From assembly GCF_004010195.1 (NCBI RefSeq), contig NC_057728.1:43710938-43774937 (forward strand): 64,000 nucleotides of DNA. The letters are read 5' to 3'. The notes beneath the pieces are model-generated. The model was not told the DNA's origin. It searched no databases and saw nothing but the letters and a program-made list of their open reading frames with translations. Origin of the DNA: Chiloscyllium plagiosum (Eukaryota). The position numbers were made by a program, and so were the translations under genes. Below are positions 12,395 through 24,769 of the stretch, in pieces. Position 1 is the stretch's first letter; each line of letters starts with the position of its first letter.

Positions 12395-13215
12395 TAGAGA
12401 GGCTTGGCAAATGGAGTGGATGGGCATGTGGCAGATGAAATAAATGCAAAGAAGTTTGAGCGGATATTTTTTGTAGGAAGAATGAGAAGGGGCAATATAA
12501 AGAAAAGTACAATTCTAAAGCGTGTGTACAAACAGAGAACTGGGGTATATGTGCACAAATTGTTTATTATGGGAGTGTAAATTGAGAAAGTATAATTAAA
12601 GAGTATAATTTATTTGATTTTAAATAAATAGAGGCATAAATGTACAAAAACAAGGAAACTATGACAAACTATGATAAACCTTAAAGAAAACACTTTCAGC
12701 CTCAGCTGGAGTATACTGTCAAATTCTGGACAATATGCATTAGAAAGCATGTGAAGGCTTTAAAAAGGATGCAGAGAAATTTCATGAGAGTGTTTCCAGG
12801 AATGATAGATTTCAGTTCTGTGAAGTAACATTTGGGCTGTTCTCTTATGAAGGTTGAGAGATGATTTGGTAAGAGATATTTATTATCTTGAAGGATAGAG
12901 AATTATGGAAGAAGATAAAGCAAAAAAAAAACTTTCCAAGTACCAGAAATCACAGCATGTGGCAGATGAAATAAATGCAAAGAAGTTTGAGCGGATATTT
13001 TTTGTAGGCAAAAAATGTAATGTGACTTGGGAAAGACCTATTTATGCAGTGAGTGTTTAGGAGTCAGCGCATTCTCAGGCAGACAATCATAGTCTTTAAA
13101 AGGGAATTGAAGAAATAACACTTGATTTTAAAAAAAGGAAAAGATTAGAAAAAGGCAAGAATGGGCGTAGCACAAGCATGAACACAATGGGATGAATGGC
13201 CTCCTCCACTGCTAT
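12395..13215 (+). mobile_element. Old CR1 ORF2 3' fragment
   Basis: WQMK.NAKK and PQLEYTVKFW-like segments, and a GGATGAATGGCCTCCT terminus. Confidence 0.75.
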
Positions 13216-13365
13216 AATCATTTCAACCATCAACAAAGCCTCCATCATTCTCAGTCTTCGGTTTTTTGACTTATCTTCAATTAAAAATACCATATACATT
13301 ACTGAGATTGAACTTACGTGACTTCAAGATATTCTTTCTAGGCAGTGAAGTACTTTTGAAATGTA

Positions 13366-16300
13366 GGGCTAAACTTGCCAATTTTTAAAATTGTGTGTGT
13401 CATTTTCAGGGTATTTCAAGGTGTGTTTCCCATGTGGTGGCCTTTCTTTGCAAATTTTCTGCTGCTCACCTCATTAATTAAGCATTAGCCTCCACAGTGC
13501 TCTTCTCATTGAATCCTGTGTTCATTGAGGCAGAATTGCTTGCTACTGCCAGGATCTTCTGCCTTTCAAAAGACAGGCCCTATGTTTAAATCCCAATTCC
13601 AGAACACTTCTAATGTTAAAACCTAGGAACTCACCTAAACATTCTGCTGCTCTATTGTTATTTCTGCGGAAATGGCTGAAAGAAGGAAGCTAGCACATCA
13701 CTCCTCCGAAAAGGAGCTGGATGTCCAGGTGCACGTGTGCTGGAAAGGAGGGCTGTTTTCTCCAGACCACCAAGGCAGCCATGGCACCACACACTGCCAA
13801 CCTGGACAGAGATAGCATTCTGGGACAGTGTTGTCTCCAATGTAAAAAGAAAAGCCTAACAATGTCGAAAGAAGATCAGTGACTTTCTGTGCTCCACAAC
13901 AGCAAGTACCATAATCTTCTCTCTCCGCCTCACACTCACTTTAACTCTGTAACTGCACACATCTCCCAACAAGGCCAATGGTTTACCACTCTCACTATTG
14001 CATACAGCATCTTCACACAATGACCCTCATTCACATATCCCCAACTGTGAACGCTCCCTGTCCTCAGCACTTCTCATTCATTCTTTGGCAACACCTCATC
14101 ACCTTGCCTGTGCCTGCACATCCACTAACAGCTCATCAAGTTATTTTCATCACGCTCAATTCCTTCTTTTGCCAAATTGTAGAAAAAATGCCACACAATG
14201 GTTGGGAGAATGCAAAGACAGTTTGCAGATTGGCTAACATTTGTGACCTCACCCTATCAGGAGAAGATCCTCAAAGTAGTTGGAGACAATTGATGTGGTG
14301 ATGCCGAGTCTGCCATATTTGAAGCAACCAGGAAAGCTTCATTGTGCTGCTCTCCCATGACCAACACCATGAATATATTCTTAATATGCTCAGGCTTCTA
14401 GTCCATTAAGCAACAAATGGTCTCTCTTTCTTGTGCAGGCACCAGCAGCATCCACGCGGCCACAAGTCCAAGGAGGCTAGCCTCTCACACTTTTCCTCCA
14501 CCTCTGAGGAAGAAAACACAAATCTCTCAGAGGATACACCACCAAAACCCTCCACCAGCTCAGAGACTAACTCTGATGAGTCATTTGAGGTTTGAAAACG
14601 CAATCTAGAGAGCATGCCAGTGGCACATCTCCACAGCTGGACAAGGAAGAAACATCTCAAGTCACTGGCACCCAGAGATCTGGAACCTGCACAGCCCCAG
14701 GCAGAAGATGGCACCATAGTTTTGGCCAGTATTGACTTTGTGCAAATGAACAACCACAGGAACAGCAATCAGGTTTGTTGGAGGAATTTCTTAAACTGGA
14801 TCAAAAGTTGGAAGTGAGAGCATGTTGCTGGAAAAGCACAGCAAGTCAGGCAGCATCTGAGGAGCAGGAAAATCGACGTTTCAGGTTGGACCCTTTCATC
14901 AGGAATGACCTGATGAACTTCCAAAAGTTGGAAGTGTCCACCAATTATATACCATACCATATTGGTTTCAAATGCATGCATCTAGCTGTCACATGGATAG
15001 ACTGACAGCTGTCATGGAGATAGGTCCAGCAAAACATTCAGTGGCTGTTGAAAATGTATGCAGACCCACATTGCATTACTTTAGTCTTTGGTGCCTCAAC
15101 ATCAATAGCAAGGTGAGAGGGGAATGAGGGACCTTGACCTCATCTAAGTGCTGCTTCCTCTCAGGGAAACAGGGTGGTGCTAGCAGGCACCCAGACAGAG
15201 GAGGAACTACACAAATTCCCAGAAATCTCCTCTCAGAACACTGCAGTGATGCCAGGCACGTTCACTTCCATCCTTCCAGCAACTCCAACTCAATGGAAGG
15301 TGAGCTTACATCTGAACAGAATACTCTCTGTACGTCTGGACTCTCTACTCACAATTGCCCTTGGGTTGTCTGCCAACAGCTTTCAAGCCAACAGGCTCCA
15401 ACAGTGTTGAGGTTCCATCCTCATTAGCTGCAGATCTCTAGACTGCACCTAGATGTAGTGGGAGGATGAGGAAAAAGAAAATGTTCGGACAGCACGTAGA
15501 TGACACTTCATTTTAAGTACACTTGCGCATCTGCAAACAAATGTCTGCTTTAAATCATTAAATGTCTGCCTGACTGTCACTTTAGCTGTAAGACCTGGTT
15601 ATCTGGCTACTGTGTCAGAGTTAAGCAGCCTCTTCATACACCCCAAGGAGTATAGAGGTAAGACTGGCAAAACATTCTATATACCAAAAGATTTCATACG
15701 TGCTTCAACCCAAATGGAGCACTATCGTGAGAAAATCACTGAGTTCAAAGTAAATGTGATTACCTTGTCTTAGGTACTCGTCTCCATTCATAACCTCTAC
15801 TTCTGGCCGCTCTGAGTGTATGTATATGAGACTACATGATAATTCATGAGTGCACACTCCTCTCGGGGCAAATGTTCCTTTTACCCATTTGTCTTACAAG
15901 GGAATGCACACATATTTATGCACACTTATTTAAAGACGGGAGATTCCAATGCTCAATTAGCATCCAAATTCTGCCTCAAAGCACAAACATGTCCATTGTA
16001 CCCACGCAAAAAAAAAGCTTACTCTGCCTACTGTGATGTGTTGGATGTCATTTTTCTGCCTAATTGCGCAATTAAAAATTGGTGCAATATGAACTCAATC
16101 CAGGTCATTCTTCTGAATGAATGAGCTCTGCCTGAAAATCAAGGTTACTGCACACCCTCTCCCACTCTTCATGTACCCTTTTGTGTCCTTGTTAACACTA
16201 TCAGCTTTGAAGTGCTCTGCATTCCAATCCAAATCTTTTATTTGATTCAAAAATGAATGAAGAACGAAAGGGATGCTAGAGATCTGAAACAAAAGCAAAA

Positions 16301-17349
16301 ATTGCTGGCAAAATTCAGCAGGTCTGGCAGCATCTGTGGGGTGAAAGCACAATTAACATTTTGAGTCTAGTAACTCTTAATCAAAGCTCAGAACTTCATC
16401 AGAACTCTGCTTTCTCCCCACAGCTGATGCCATGTCTGCTGAGTTTCACCAGAAATACCCGTTTTTGTTCTTTTTATTTGATTATCCATATCCCCTATAT
16501 TCCCTCTCAGCCTCTGGGCTATTGCACTACTATGCCCCCTGCCACTACGTCTGTTCTCTCACAGAAGCCAAGATGGTAGTGACTTGCAAAACTCCACTTC
16601 GCCACGCCTCTCCCCTCCACATGCCCACAGTACCCTATGCCATCCCCTGCGAAATCAGATCTCTTCCTTATATCTGGAGTTGCACTAAAAGGCAAGACAA
16701 GTCAGAAATGCTGTAAGCATCAAAGTAACTGCAGAGTGAGCAAGCACTAAGAAAGCAAACTCAGCACCTTGAGATGCATCTTGTGCAGACAGATGATATG
16801 GGTGTGCATCCCTCAGCGCAATGGCCTGGCATTCCTTATACTGTAAGATATCCATGAAGTCCAAAGTGCTGTATTAAAGTGTTGAAGTATATTCTGAGTT
16901 AGTTCAAGATAGGTGAAGATGATGTGATGAAGCTGGTGTTCTGGAGATGCCAACGTCTGTGGACAACGGATGGGGCAGTTGCTGCCCATGGAGCATGTCA
17001 TGACATGTTGGGGAATGAAGTTGAACACGGATCCTGGAGAAGCAAACAGCCAGCTGTAGCCACTTTGATTTTCAAGTCAGAAATTGATGTGGTCTTGCTT
17101 CTGACTTGTGCCTGGGAGAATCGTGAACTGCATATAATTGAGATGAGATTAGCCAATAATGAGGTGTAAATTTGTGGAAAGAAAGTCTTTTGAGCTGACT
17201 AGCAAGATTCTCAACTATCTCTTAAACTCTCAAGGGGAAGATCATACTTTTTTTAACCCAATATCAAGGATCTGATTTTCATTCTTGCCACATTCTCCCA
17301 AATGTCTTGCCAATGCTCACGCCATCGAAGGACTCTGAGCATTCCACCT
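13366..17349. mobile_element. PIF/Harbinger-type DNA transposon relic inserted in a Deu-domain SINE
   Basis: Ends are GGGCTAAACTT and (reverse complement) AGGTGGAATGC with a 3-bp GTA duplication. The flanks rejoin as one SINE (GAAGTACTTTTGAAATGTA|GTCACTG..ATGTAGGAA). A plus-strand Myb/SANT-like relic (VLERRAVF..WTEIA..QCRKKISDF, ~13670-13890) has residual splice acceptors at ~14260 and ~14438. Confidence 0.65.
16263..16470. mobile_element. Short Penelope-like terminal-repeat (pLTR) fragment in inverted arrangement
   Basis: TTGCTGGCAAAATTCAGCAGGTCTGGCAGCATCTGTGGG is followed by a degenerate reverse complement. A single arm also occurs at 60435-60510. Confidence 0.6.
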
Positions 17350-18279
17350 GTAGTCACTGATGCATGTAGGAATATGCAGGAACTAATTTCCACAAAGCCA
17401 GATCCTGCAACTGTAATAAGGCAATGATCAGCAAATCTGTTTTAGTATTGTTGATTAAGAGAGAAGCATTGGACTGGACATCTGGACAACCCTATTCTTA
17501 TTTTAAAATAGCACCATGGAAGAATTAAATCACGTAGTAATGCCCATTTCACATATATTAATAAAGCTGTTGATATTGGCTGGTTAGTTATGAGACTTCT
17601 TTATATGTGCACACTATTTCCCGGTTCAAATTGTTTAATGTCTAAAACAAAAAAAAATTTGAATTAGATTTTTACGTGGACAATACATTGTACTCAAGGC
17701 CCTCTGTAAGAAATGCATTTTACTTTAGCTATGAATACTCATTTAGTAAGTTTATTAACTAAAATTAGTACATCATATATGTTGGCTACTTTTGAAATAA
17801 ATCAATTACTGTATAATATATAACATTATACAGTTTAATACTATTTTAAAACTACTGTTATGTCAATTAGTTAATACAAGATTCACTGAATCAACACACA
17901 ACAATCCATTATTACACCATATCTCTCAGTTCACAACTTTAATGTGAATAAAATTGTGAATGTGAACAATATTCAATGTACAATTCTAGCTGTTTTATTG
18001 AAGACAAATAGTAAATAGAGTATTCAGTAAAATTTAATTTGAAAATGAGTTAACTTTTTTTTAGAAAGTACAAAGAATTAAGACACACCAAAATAAAACA
18101 ATTCATAAACATCAGTTAATCTTCTCCTCATATACTTCCCTACTATGGTACTGAGATGAGCTTGGATCAGACCACGAAAATGAAGTTAAGATCTAACTAG
18201 CGAGCAATAAGTTTCCTTTTTAAGTTGACAAATTCAGGTGCTTACTAAGAGAATAAAGCTTTTGAATACCAAGTTTTCG

Positions 18280-20856
18280 TACATAGAAACATCGAAAATA
18301 GAAGCAAGAGTAGGCAGTTGAGCTCTTCAAGCCTGCTCTGCAATTCAAAATTATCATGGCTGATCATCCTTCACAATATCCAATTCCCACTTTCTTCCCA
18401 TACCCTTTGATCCCTTTGGCCCTAAGAACTATTTATAACTCCTTGAAAATATTTGAGTGTTGGCCTCAACTGCTTTCTGAGGCAGAGAATTCCACAGGCT
18501 CATTGCTGTCTGGTGAAATAATTTTTTGTCATCTCAGTCCTAAATGACCGACACTGGATTTGTAAACTGTGACCCCAGTTCTGAACTCCTCAGTCATCTT
18601 TTCTGAGTTTGACCTGTTAGATTTTATAAGCTTCTAGGAGATCCATCCACCTTCTTCTAACTCCAGTGGACATAGTCTAACAGATCCAGTCTCTCCTCAT
18701 ACGTCAGTCCTACCATCCAGGAATCTGTCTGGCAAATCTTTGCTGCACTCTGCATTCCTGCCATAGCCAGAATATCCTTCATCAGATAAGGAGACCAAAG
18801 CTGCAAAGATACTACGGGGTGGTATCCTAAGGCCCTGTACAATTGCAGCAAGACATCCTCGCTCTTGTACTCGAATCCTCTCACTGTAAAGGGCTACAAT
18901 GCTTTCTTCATTGCCTTCTCCAAGTGTATGCTTACCTTCAGTGACTGGTGAACAAGGATACCCAGTTTCATTGTACCTTTCCCTTTCATAATCAGCTGCT
19001 AATTCAGATAATAACCTGCCTCTTTGTTTTGTTACCAAAGTCAATAATCTCACATTTATTTACATTATATTTCATCTGTCATGCATTTGCCTACTTACTG
19101 AACTTGTCCAAATCATACCAAAACAATCATGCATCCTCCTCACAGTTCACCCTCCCATTCAGCTCTGTGTAACCTGCAAACACAGTAATATTACATTTAG
19201 CTCCTAATATATCATTAATAGCCAGGGTCATAGCACTGATAGCTAAAGTATGACACTAGTCACTGCTTGTCACTTTGAAAAATAACTCATTTTTCCTACT
19301 GTTTTCTGTCTGCTAATCAGTTCTTTATCCATGTCAGTATACTACCCTGAATTACATATGCTTTAAATTTCACATGTTAATCTGTTATGTGGGACCTTAG
19401 CTAAAGCCTTCTGAAAGTCAAAATAAACCATATCCACTGGCTCCCTTTTATTAACTCTCCTAGTTACATCTTGAAAAGGTCAAGTGCACTTGTCAAGCAT
19501 GAGGTCCCTTTCATAAATCCATTCTGACTCTGCCTAATCCTGTCACTGTTTGCCAAATGCTCTCCTATAAGATCTTTTATAATAGAATCTCACATTTTCC
19601 TCACTACTGATATCATGCTTACCAGTGTATAGCTCCTTGGGGCGGCTCACTGGTTAGTACTGCTGCCTAACAGTACCAGGGACCTGAGTTTGATTCCACC
19701 CTCAGACAACTGTCTGTGGGAGTTTCAGCACTCTCCCTATGACTGCATGGTTTCTTCCAGGTGCTCTGGTTTCCTCCCATAGTCCAAAAATGTGCAGCTT
19801 AGGTAGATTAGCCATGGAGAATGCAAGGTTACAGGCTAGGGTAGTGGGTGGGATGCTCTTCAAAGTGTCAGTATGGTCTGCTTCCACACTATAGGGATTC
19901 AATGAATCTCTGTTTTGTCTCTACCTCTTTTTAAAAATTAAAACAGTAGAATTACATTTGCCAAGAGAAAGGGAGGACTGCAGATGCTGGAGATAAGCCA
20001 CCTTCCAATCTGATCCAGACTCGATAGAATCTTGAAAGATGAACAACAATACATCCACTATTTCCAGAGTCACTTCCTTAAGTACTCTGGGATGTCGATT
20101 ATTGGGTCCTGGGGATTTATCAGCCTTAAATCCCATCAATTTCCCCAACACCATTTCCTTCTCAATTAAACCCTGCACTTTTTGGGTATTATTTGTGCCC
20201 TCCTTTGTGAAGGCAGAACAACAATATATACTTAATCAGTCTGCCATCTCTTCACTCCCCATTGTAACTTCCCTGTTTCTGGCTGCAAGGGACCTTGTCT
20301 TAACCAATCTTTATCCCTTCGCATAATTATAGAAGCGTTTGCAATTAGTTTGCATGTTCACTATGAGTTTACCATATTCTACTTTCCCTCTCTAAATCAA
20401 TAATTTTGTCCTCCTTTGCTAAAATCTAATCTGCTTGAAATCCTCAGGTCTCGTGCTTTTTTGTTTGGCCAAATTGAACGCCACATCCTTGGATCAAATA
20501 TATCTCTAATTTCCCTTGTTAGCCTTCGTTGGACGATCTTTTCCATTTTGTTTTTTTTTACTAGACAGGAACAATTGTTGCAGTTCTTCCATTCGTTTTT
20601 TTATATGTTTGCCACTGCCTATCCACCCTCATCCCTTTAAGTAATGTTCCCCAAATTATCAGAGCCAGCTTGCAGATCATACCATCATAACTTCCTTTAG
20701 ATTCAGGATCCTATTCTTCAAATCAACTATGTTACTCTCTATTTTAATGAAAAATATAATCATAATATAGTCACTCTTTCCCAGGGGACCCATACAGCTA
20801 ATCAGCCAATTACTCCTCTCAGATTACATAATTGCCACTCCAGAATCTAATTCTAG
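18280..20856 (-). mobile_element. Old CR1 ORF2 relic, apparently resuming at ~24170-24420
   Basis: ORF pieces EYKSEDVLLQLYRAL and KADKSPGPNNRHPRVLKEV; tail ACATAGAAACAT at 18281. Confidence 0.85.
19639..19905 (+). mobile_element. Old HE1-type SINE inside CR1
   Basis: tRNA head, GTGCTCTGGTTTCCTCCC core and GGGATTCAATGA end. Confidence 0.85.
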
Positions 20857-22885
20857 ACATAGAACATAGAACAGTACAGCACAGTGACAGGCCCTTTGGT
20901 CTACGATGTTGTGCTAAACATGCCAAATTAAACAAATCCCTTCTGCCTGCACTTTGTCGATATTCCTCCATTCCTTGCACATTCATATGCTTATTTAAAA
21001 GTCCCTTAAATGCCTCTATCACATTTGCATCCACCACCATTCCAGGTAGCATAATACAGACTCTTACCCACACATCTCCTTTGAACATTTTCCCCCTCTC
21101 AATTTAAATGCATGACCCCTATTATTAGATATTTCAATTCTGGGGAAAAGATTCTGATTGTCAACCCTATCTATAGATTTCATAATTTTATTGAGTTTTT
21201 TCAAGTCTCCCCTCAGCTTCTGTTGCTCCAGAGAAAACAACCTGAGTTTTTCTAGCCTCTCCTTATAGTTTATAACCTCTAATCGAGGTAGCATCCTGAT
21301 AAACCTCTTCTGCACAGTCTCCAAAGTCTCCCCATTCTTCCTGTAACATAGTCACCAGAATTGAGTGCAGTACTCAAAGTGTGGCCTAAGGTCTTATAAA
21401 GATACCGACTCTTGTACTCAATTCCCTGACCAATGAAAGCAAGTATGTCATATGATCTTCTTGATCTACTTGTGTGGCCACTTTCAGGGAGCTATGGACT
21501 TGAACCCCCCAGATCCCTCTGTACATCAGTTGTTCAGGGTCCTGCCATAAACTATATACTTTTCCTTAACATTTGATCTCCTAATGTGCAGCACCTCAAA
21601 CATGCCCGGATTAAACTCAAACTGCCATTTCTTCACCCATAAATGCATCAGATCTCTACATCGCTGTATTCTTTGACAATCTTATACACTATCCATAACT
21701 CCACAGATCTTTGTGTCATCTCCAAACTTACTAATGCACACAATTACTTTTTCATCCAAGTCACCACAAACAGCAGAGGTCCCAGTACAGATCGCTACAG
21801 AACACCACTCGTTGCGGACAACCAGCAAGAAAAACACCCTTCCACCACTACTCTCTGCCTTGTCTGGCAAGCCAATTCTGAATCCATGTGGCCAAGTCAC
21901 CATGGATCCCATGCATCTTAATCTTCTGGATAAACCTCCCATGATTAGCTACGGATTTCATAATTTTATAGACTTTTATCAAGTCTCTCCTCAGCCTCAG
22001 CCGCTCCAGAGAAAACAACCCGAGTTTTTCTAACCTCTCCTTACAGTTCATACCTTCTAATCGAGGTAGCATCCTCTTCTGCACAATCTCCAAAGCCTCC
22101 ACATTCTTTCTGTAAAGTGGTAACCAGAATTGAGTGCAGTATTCAATTTAATAAGTAAGACTCAATCAATTTAGTAAGACATGAGCCCGGGATAAAGCCA
22201 TGCTGACTGTCCCTAATTAAGCCATGCTTGTCCAAATGCATGTAAATCCTCTTCCTAAGATTTCTTTTCAATAGTTTCCCAACCACTGATGTGGGAGTCA
22301 CCGGTCTACAGTTTCCTGGATTATCCCTATTTCCCTTTTGAACAGAAGAACAACGTTAGCCACTTGCCAGTCCTCTGGGAACCCTCCAGTGGCTAACGAG
22401 GACACAAAGATCTTGGTCAAAGCTCCAGTAACCTCTTCTCTTGCCTCTCTCAATAACCTGGGGTGGATACCATTGGACCCTGAGGACTTATACATCTTAA
22501 TGCTCTTCAAGAAACCCAACACTACTTCTTTCTTGATGTCAAGAAGCCCTAGCATATTAAGATGCTAACATACCCACAACTATGACAGCATGCTCCACAC
22601 TATTCTCACTATCATCCAAATCCTTCTCCTGGGTGAATACTGATGTACAGTACTCATTTAGGATCTTGCCCACATCCTCTGCCTCCAAACACAAGTTCCC
22701 TCTTTTATAATTGAGTGGTCCTACCTTCTCCCTAGTTATCATCTTGTATTTAATATATGCATGAAATGCTTTGGAATTCTCTTTCATCCTATGTGGCAAG
22801 GTCGTTTCACGGCCCCTTCTTGTTCTCAGAATTCCCTGCTTGATTTCTTTCTTGCTTTCTTTATATTCCTGAAGAGCCTGTCCTA
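20857..22885 (-). mobile_element. CR1 ORF2 3' part with (ACATAGA)n tail and an internal duplicated segment
   Basis: ORF pieces RLEKLRLFSLEQQKLRGDL, ISKFGDDTKI and PEDWQVANVVLLFK. Confidence 0.9.
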
Positions 22886-22889
22886 AACT

Positions 22890-23660
22890 GGGTGGAGCTG
22901 TTGTCAGGCCAGTCCCACATTTGACACGTGGGAGTTGTTTAAAGACCGACTGATCAGAGTTCAGGATGGGCATGATCCAGTAAGGATGAAGGACAAGGAT
23001 GGCAAAGTAATATACCCTTGGATACTGAGGGAGTTTGTGAATTTGGTCAAAAGGGAAAAAGAAGCCAATGTAAGATTTAGAAGGCTAAAATTCCAGGAGA
23101 ACCCAGTAGAAGAATATGGAGGATAGTGAGATTAGTGTGGTGCATGCTGATATGCTAGGACCTTTTGAGATCTAGAAAGGAGTGATGTTGAGTCTCCTGA
23201 AGAGCATTAAGGTGGATAAGTCCCCAGCGCCTGAAAGTATCTACCCTTGGATTTTGAGAGAGGCACGAGAAGGAATTGCTGGGGCCTTGACCGAGATCTT
23301 TGTATCCTCACGTAGAGGTCCTGGAGGACAGGTGAGTTGCTAATGTTGCTCCTCTGTTCAAGAGGGGAAATAGGAACAATCCAGGCAATCTATAGACTGG
23401 TGAGTTTCACATCGGTTTTTGGGAAGCTATTGGAGAGAATTCTTTGGAATAGGATTTACCCACATTTGGACAAGCATGGCCCAATTAGGGACAGTCAGCA
23501 TGGCTTTGTTCAGGGCAGATCATATCTTACTAACTTGATTGAATTTTTTGAGAAGGTGATCAAAGTAGAGCAGTGGATGTTGTCTACATGGATTTTAGTA
23601 AGGCTTTCAACAACATCCCATGTGGTCAGCTCACCCACAAGATTAACATGCATGAGATCT
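22890..23660 (+). mobile_element. CR1 ORF2 fragment inverted relative to the neighbouring copy
   Basis: YRLVSFTSVFGKLLE and SQHGFVQGRSYLTNLIEFFE on the plus strand. Confidence 0.85.
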
Positions 23661-23669
23661 ACTTTCTAG

Positions 23670-24420
23670 CTCCTGCCTAATACTGATGCAATTTGTCCTT
23701 CCCTGATTTAGTACCTTCCCACAAGATTCTGATTTATCCTTATTCACAGCTATCTTAAAACTTAAGGAGTTATGATCATGGTTCCAAAATGCTCTCCCAC
23801 TAAAAGGTCAGTCATTTAGCCAGGCTGGTTAGTAAATACAAGGTCCAGTATGGCCCCTCCTCTAGTTGGACTATTACATATTGTTTCAAGAAACTCTCTC
23901 AGATGCACTTAACAAATTCTACCTCGTCTAAACGTCTTGCTCGAAGGGAATCCTTGTTCCTCAATGTCTCAATGGCTACTGGGGGGGGCCTCTTATATAA
24001 ACCTATCAGAGTGAATGCACCCACCTTATTTTTAAGCTGTACTCATATCGCCTAAGTGAATCAGCATGCTCCACACAGATCTCACTATCCTCCAGTATGG
24101 CCCCTCTGAGTGCTAATGTGACATTCTCCCTGATTAGTAATGCAACTCCTTCACCTCATTTACCTTACTCAATCTCATTGGTTCCTCAAATGTATTGATT
24201 TAGAAAACCATCCTGTAAACACTCCATGAATTCATCATCTACAGTGTTGTTACTAATTTGATTGTCTAATCTATGTGCAGATGAAATTCACCCATAGTTA
24301 GAGCTGTACCTTTGTGGCTTATATTTTGTGTCTCTAATTTGTTGTTTACTGCCTTCCCAATATTATCACTACAGTTTGGGACTGTATACAATTCCTACAA
24401 CTCGTTTTATTTCCCTTTTG
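23670..24420 (-). mobile_element. CR1 endonuclease-region fragments
   Basis: PTRGGAILDLV..N and GEHFGT..HNSL-like APE endonuclease segments on the minus strand. Confidence 0.65.
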
Positions 24421-24426
24421 TCTCTG

Positions 24427-24458
<32 letters not shown>
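24427..24458. repeat. (CA)n microsatellite
   Basis: About 15 perfect AC units. Confidence 0.95.
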
Positions 24459-24460
<2 letters not shown>

Positions 24461-24769
24461 AAACTTTATTATATAAAGTTAGAATAGTAATACATTTATT
24501 ACATATATTACAAATTATTTACAATATCCAAAATTAACAGGGGCAATTAACGTAACAATTAAACTGGGTGCGAGCATTCCATAGAGTATGTCAAATAACA
24601 AATGCAGTCAAGATTTATTGCAGAGATTTCTCTGCAACTCCCTAGATGTTATTGATACCATGGGTCATCAAATCCCATTAAATTGTACAAGGGAATCAAT
24701 TTTTTCTTCTTTGGAAGATATAGCTTTGGAATTCCAACAAAAGCCATTCCATTATGGACTCCCTCAATG

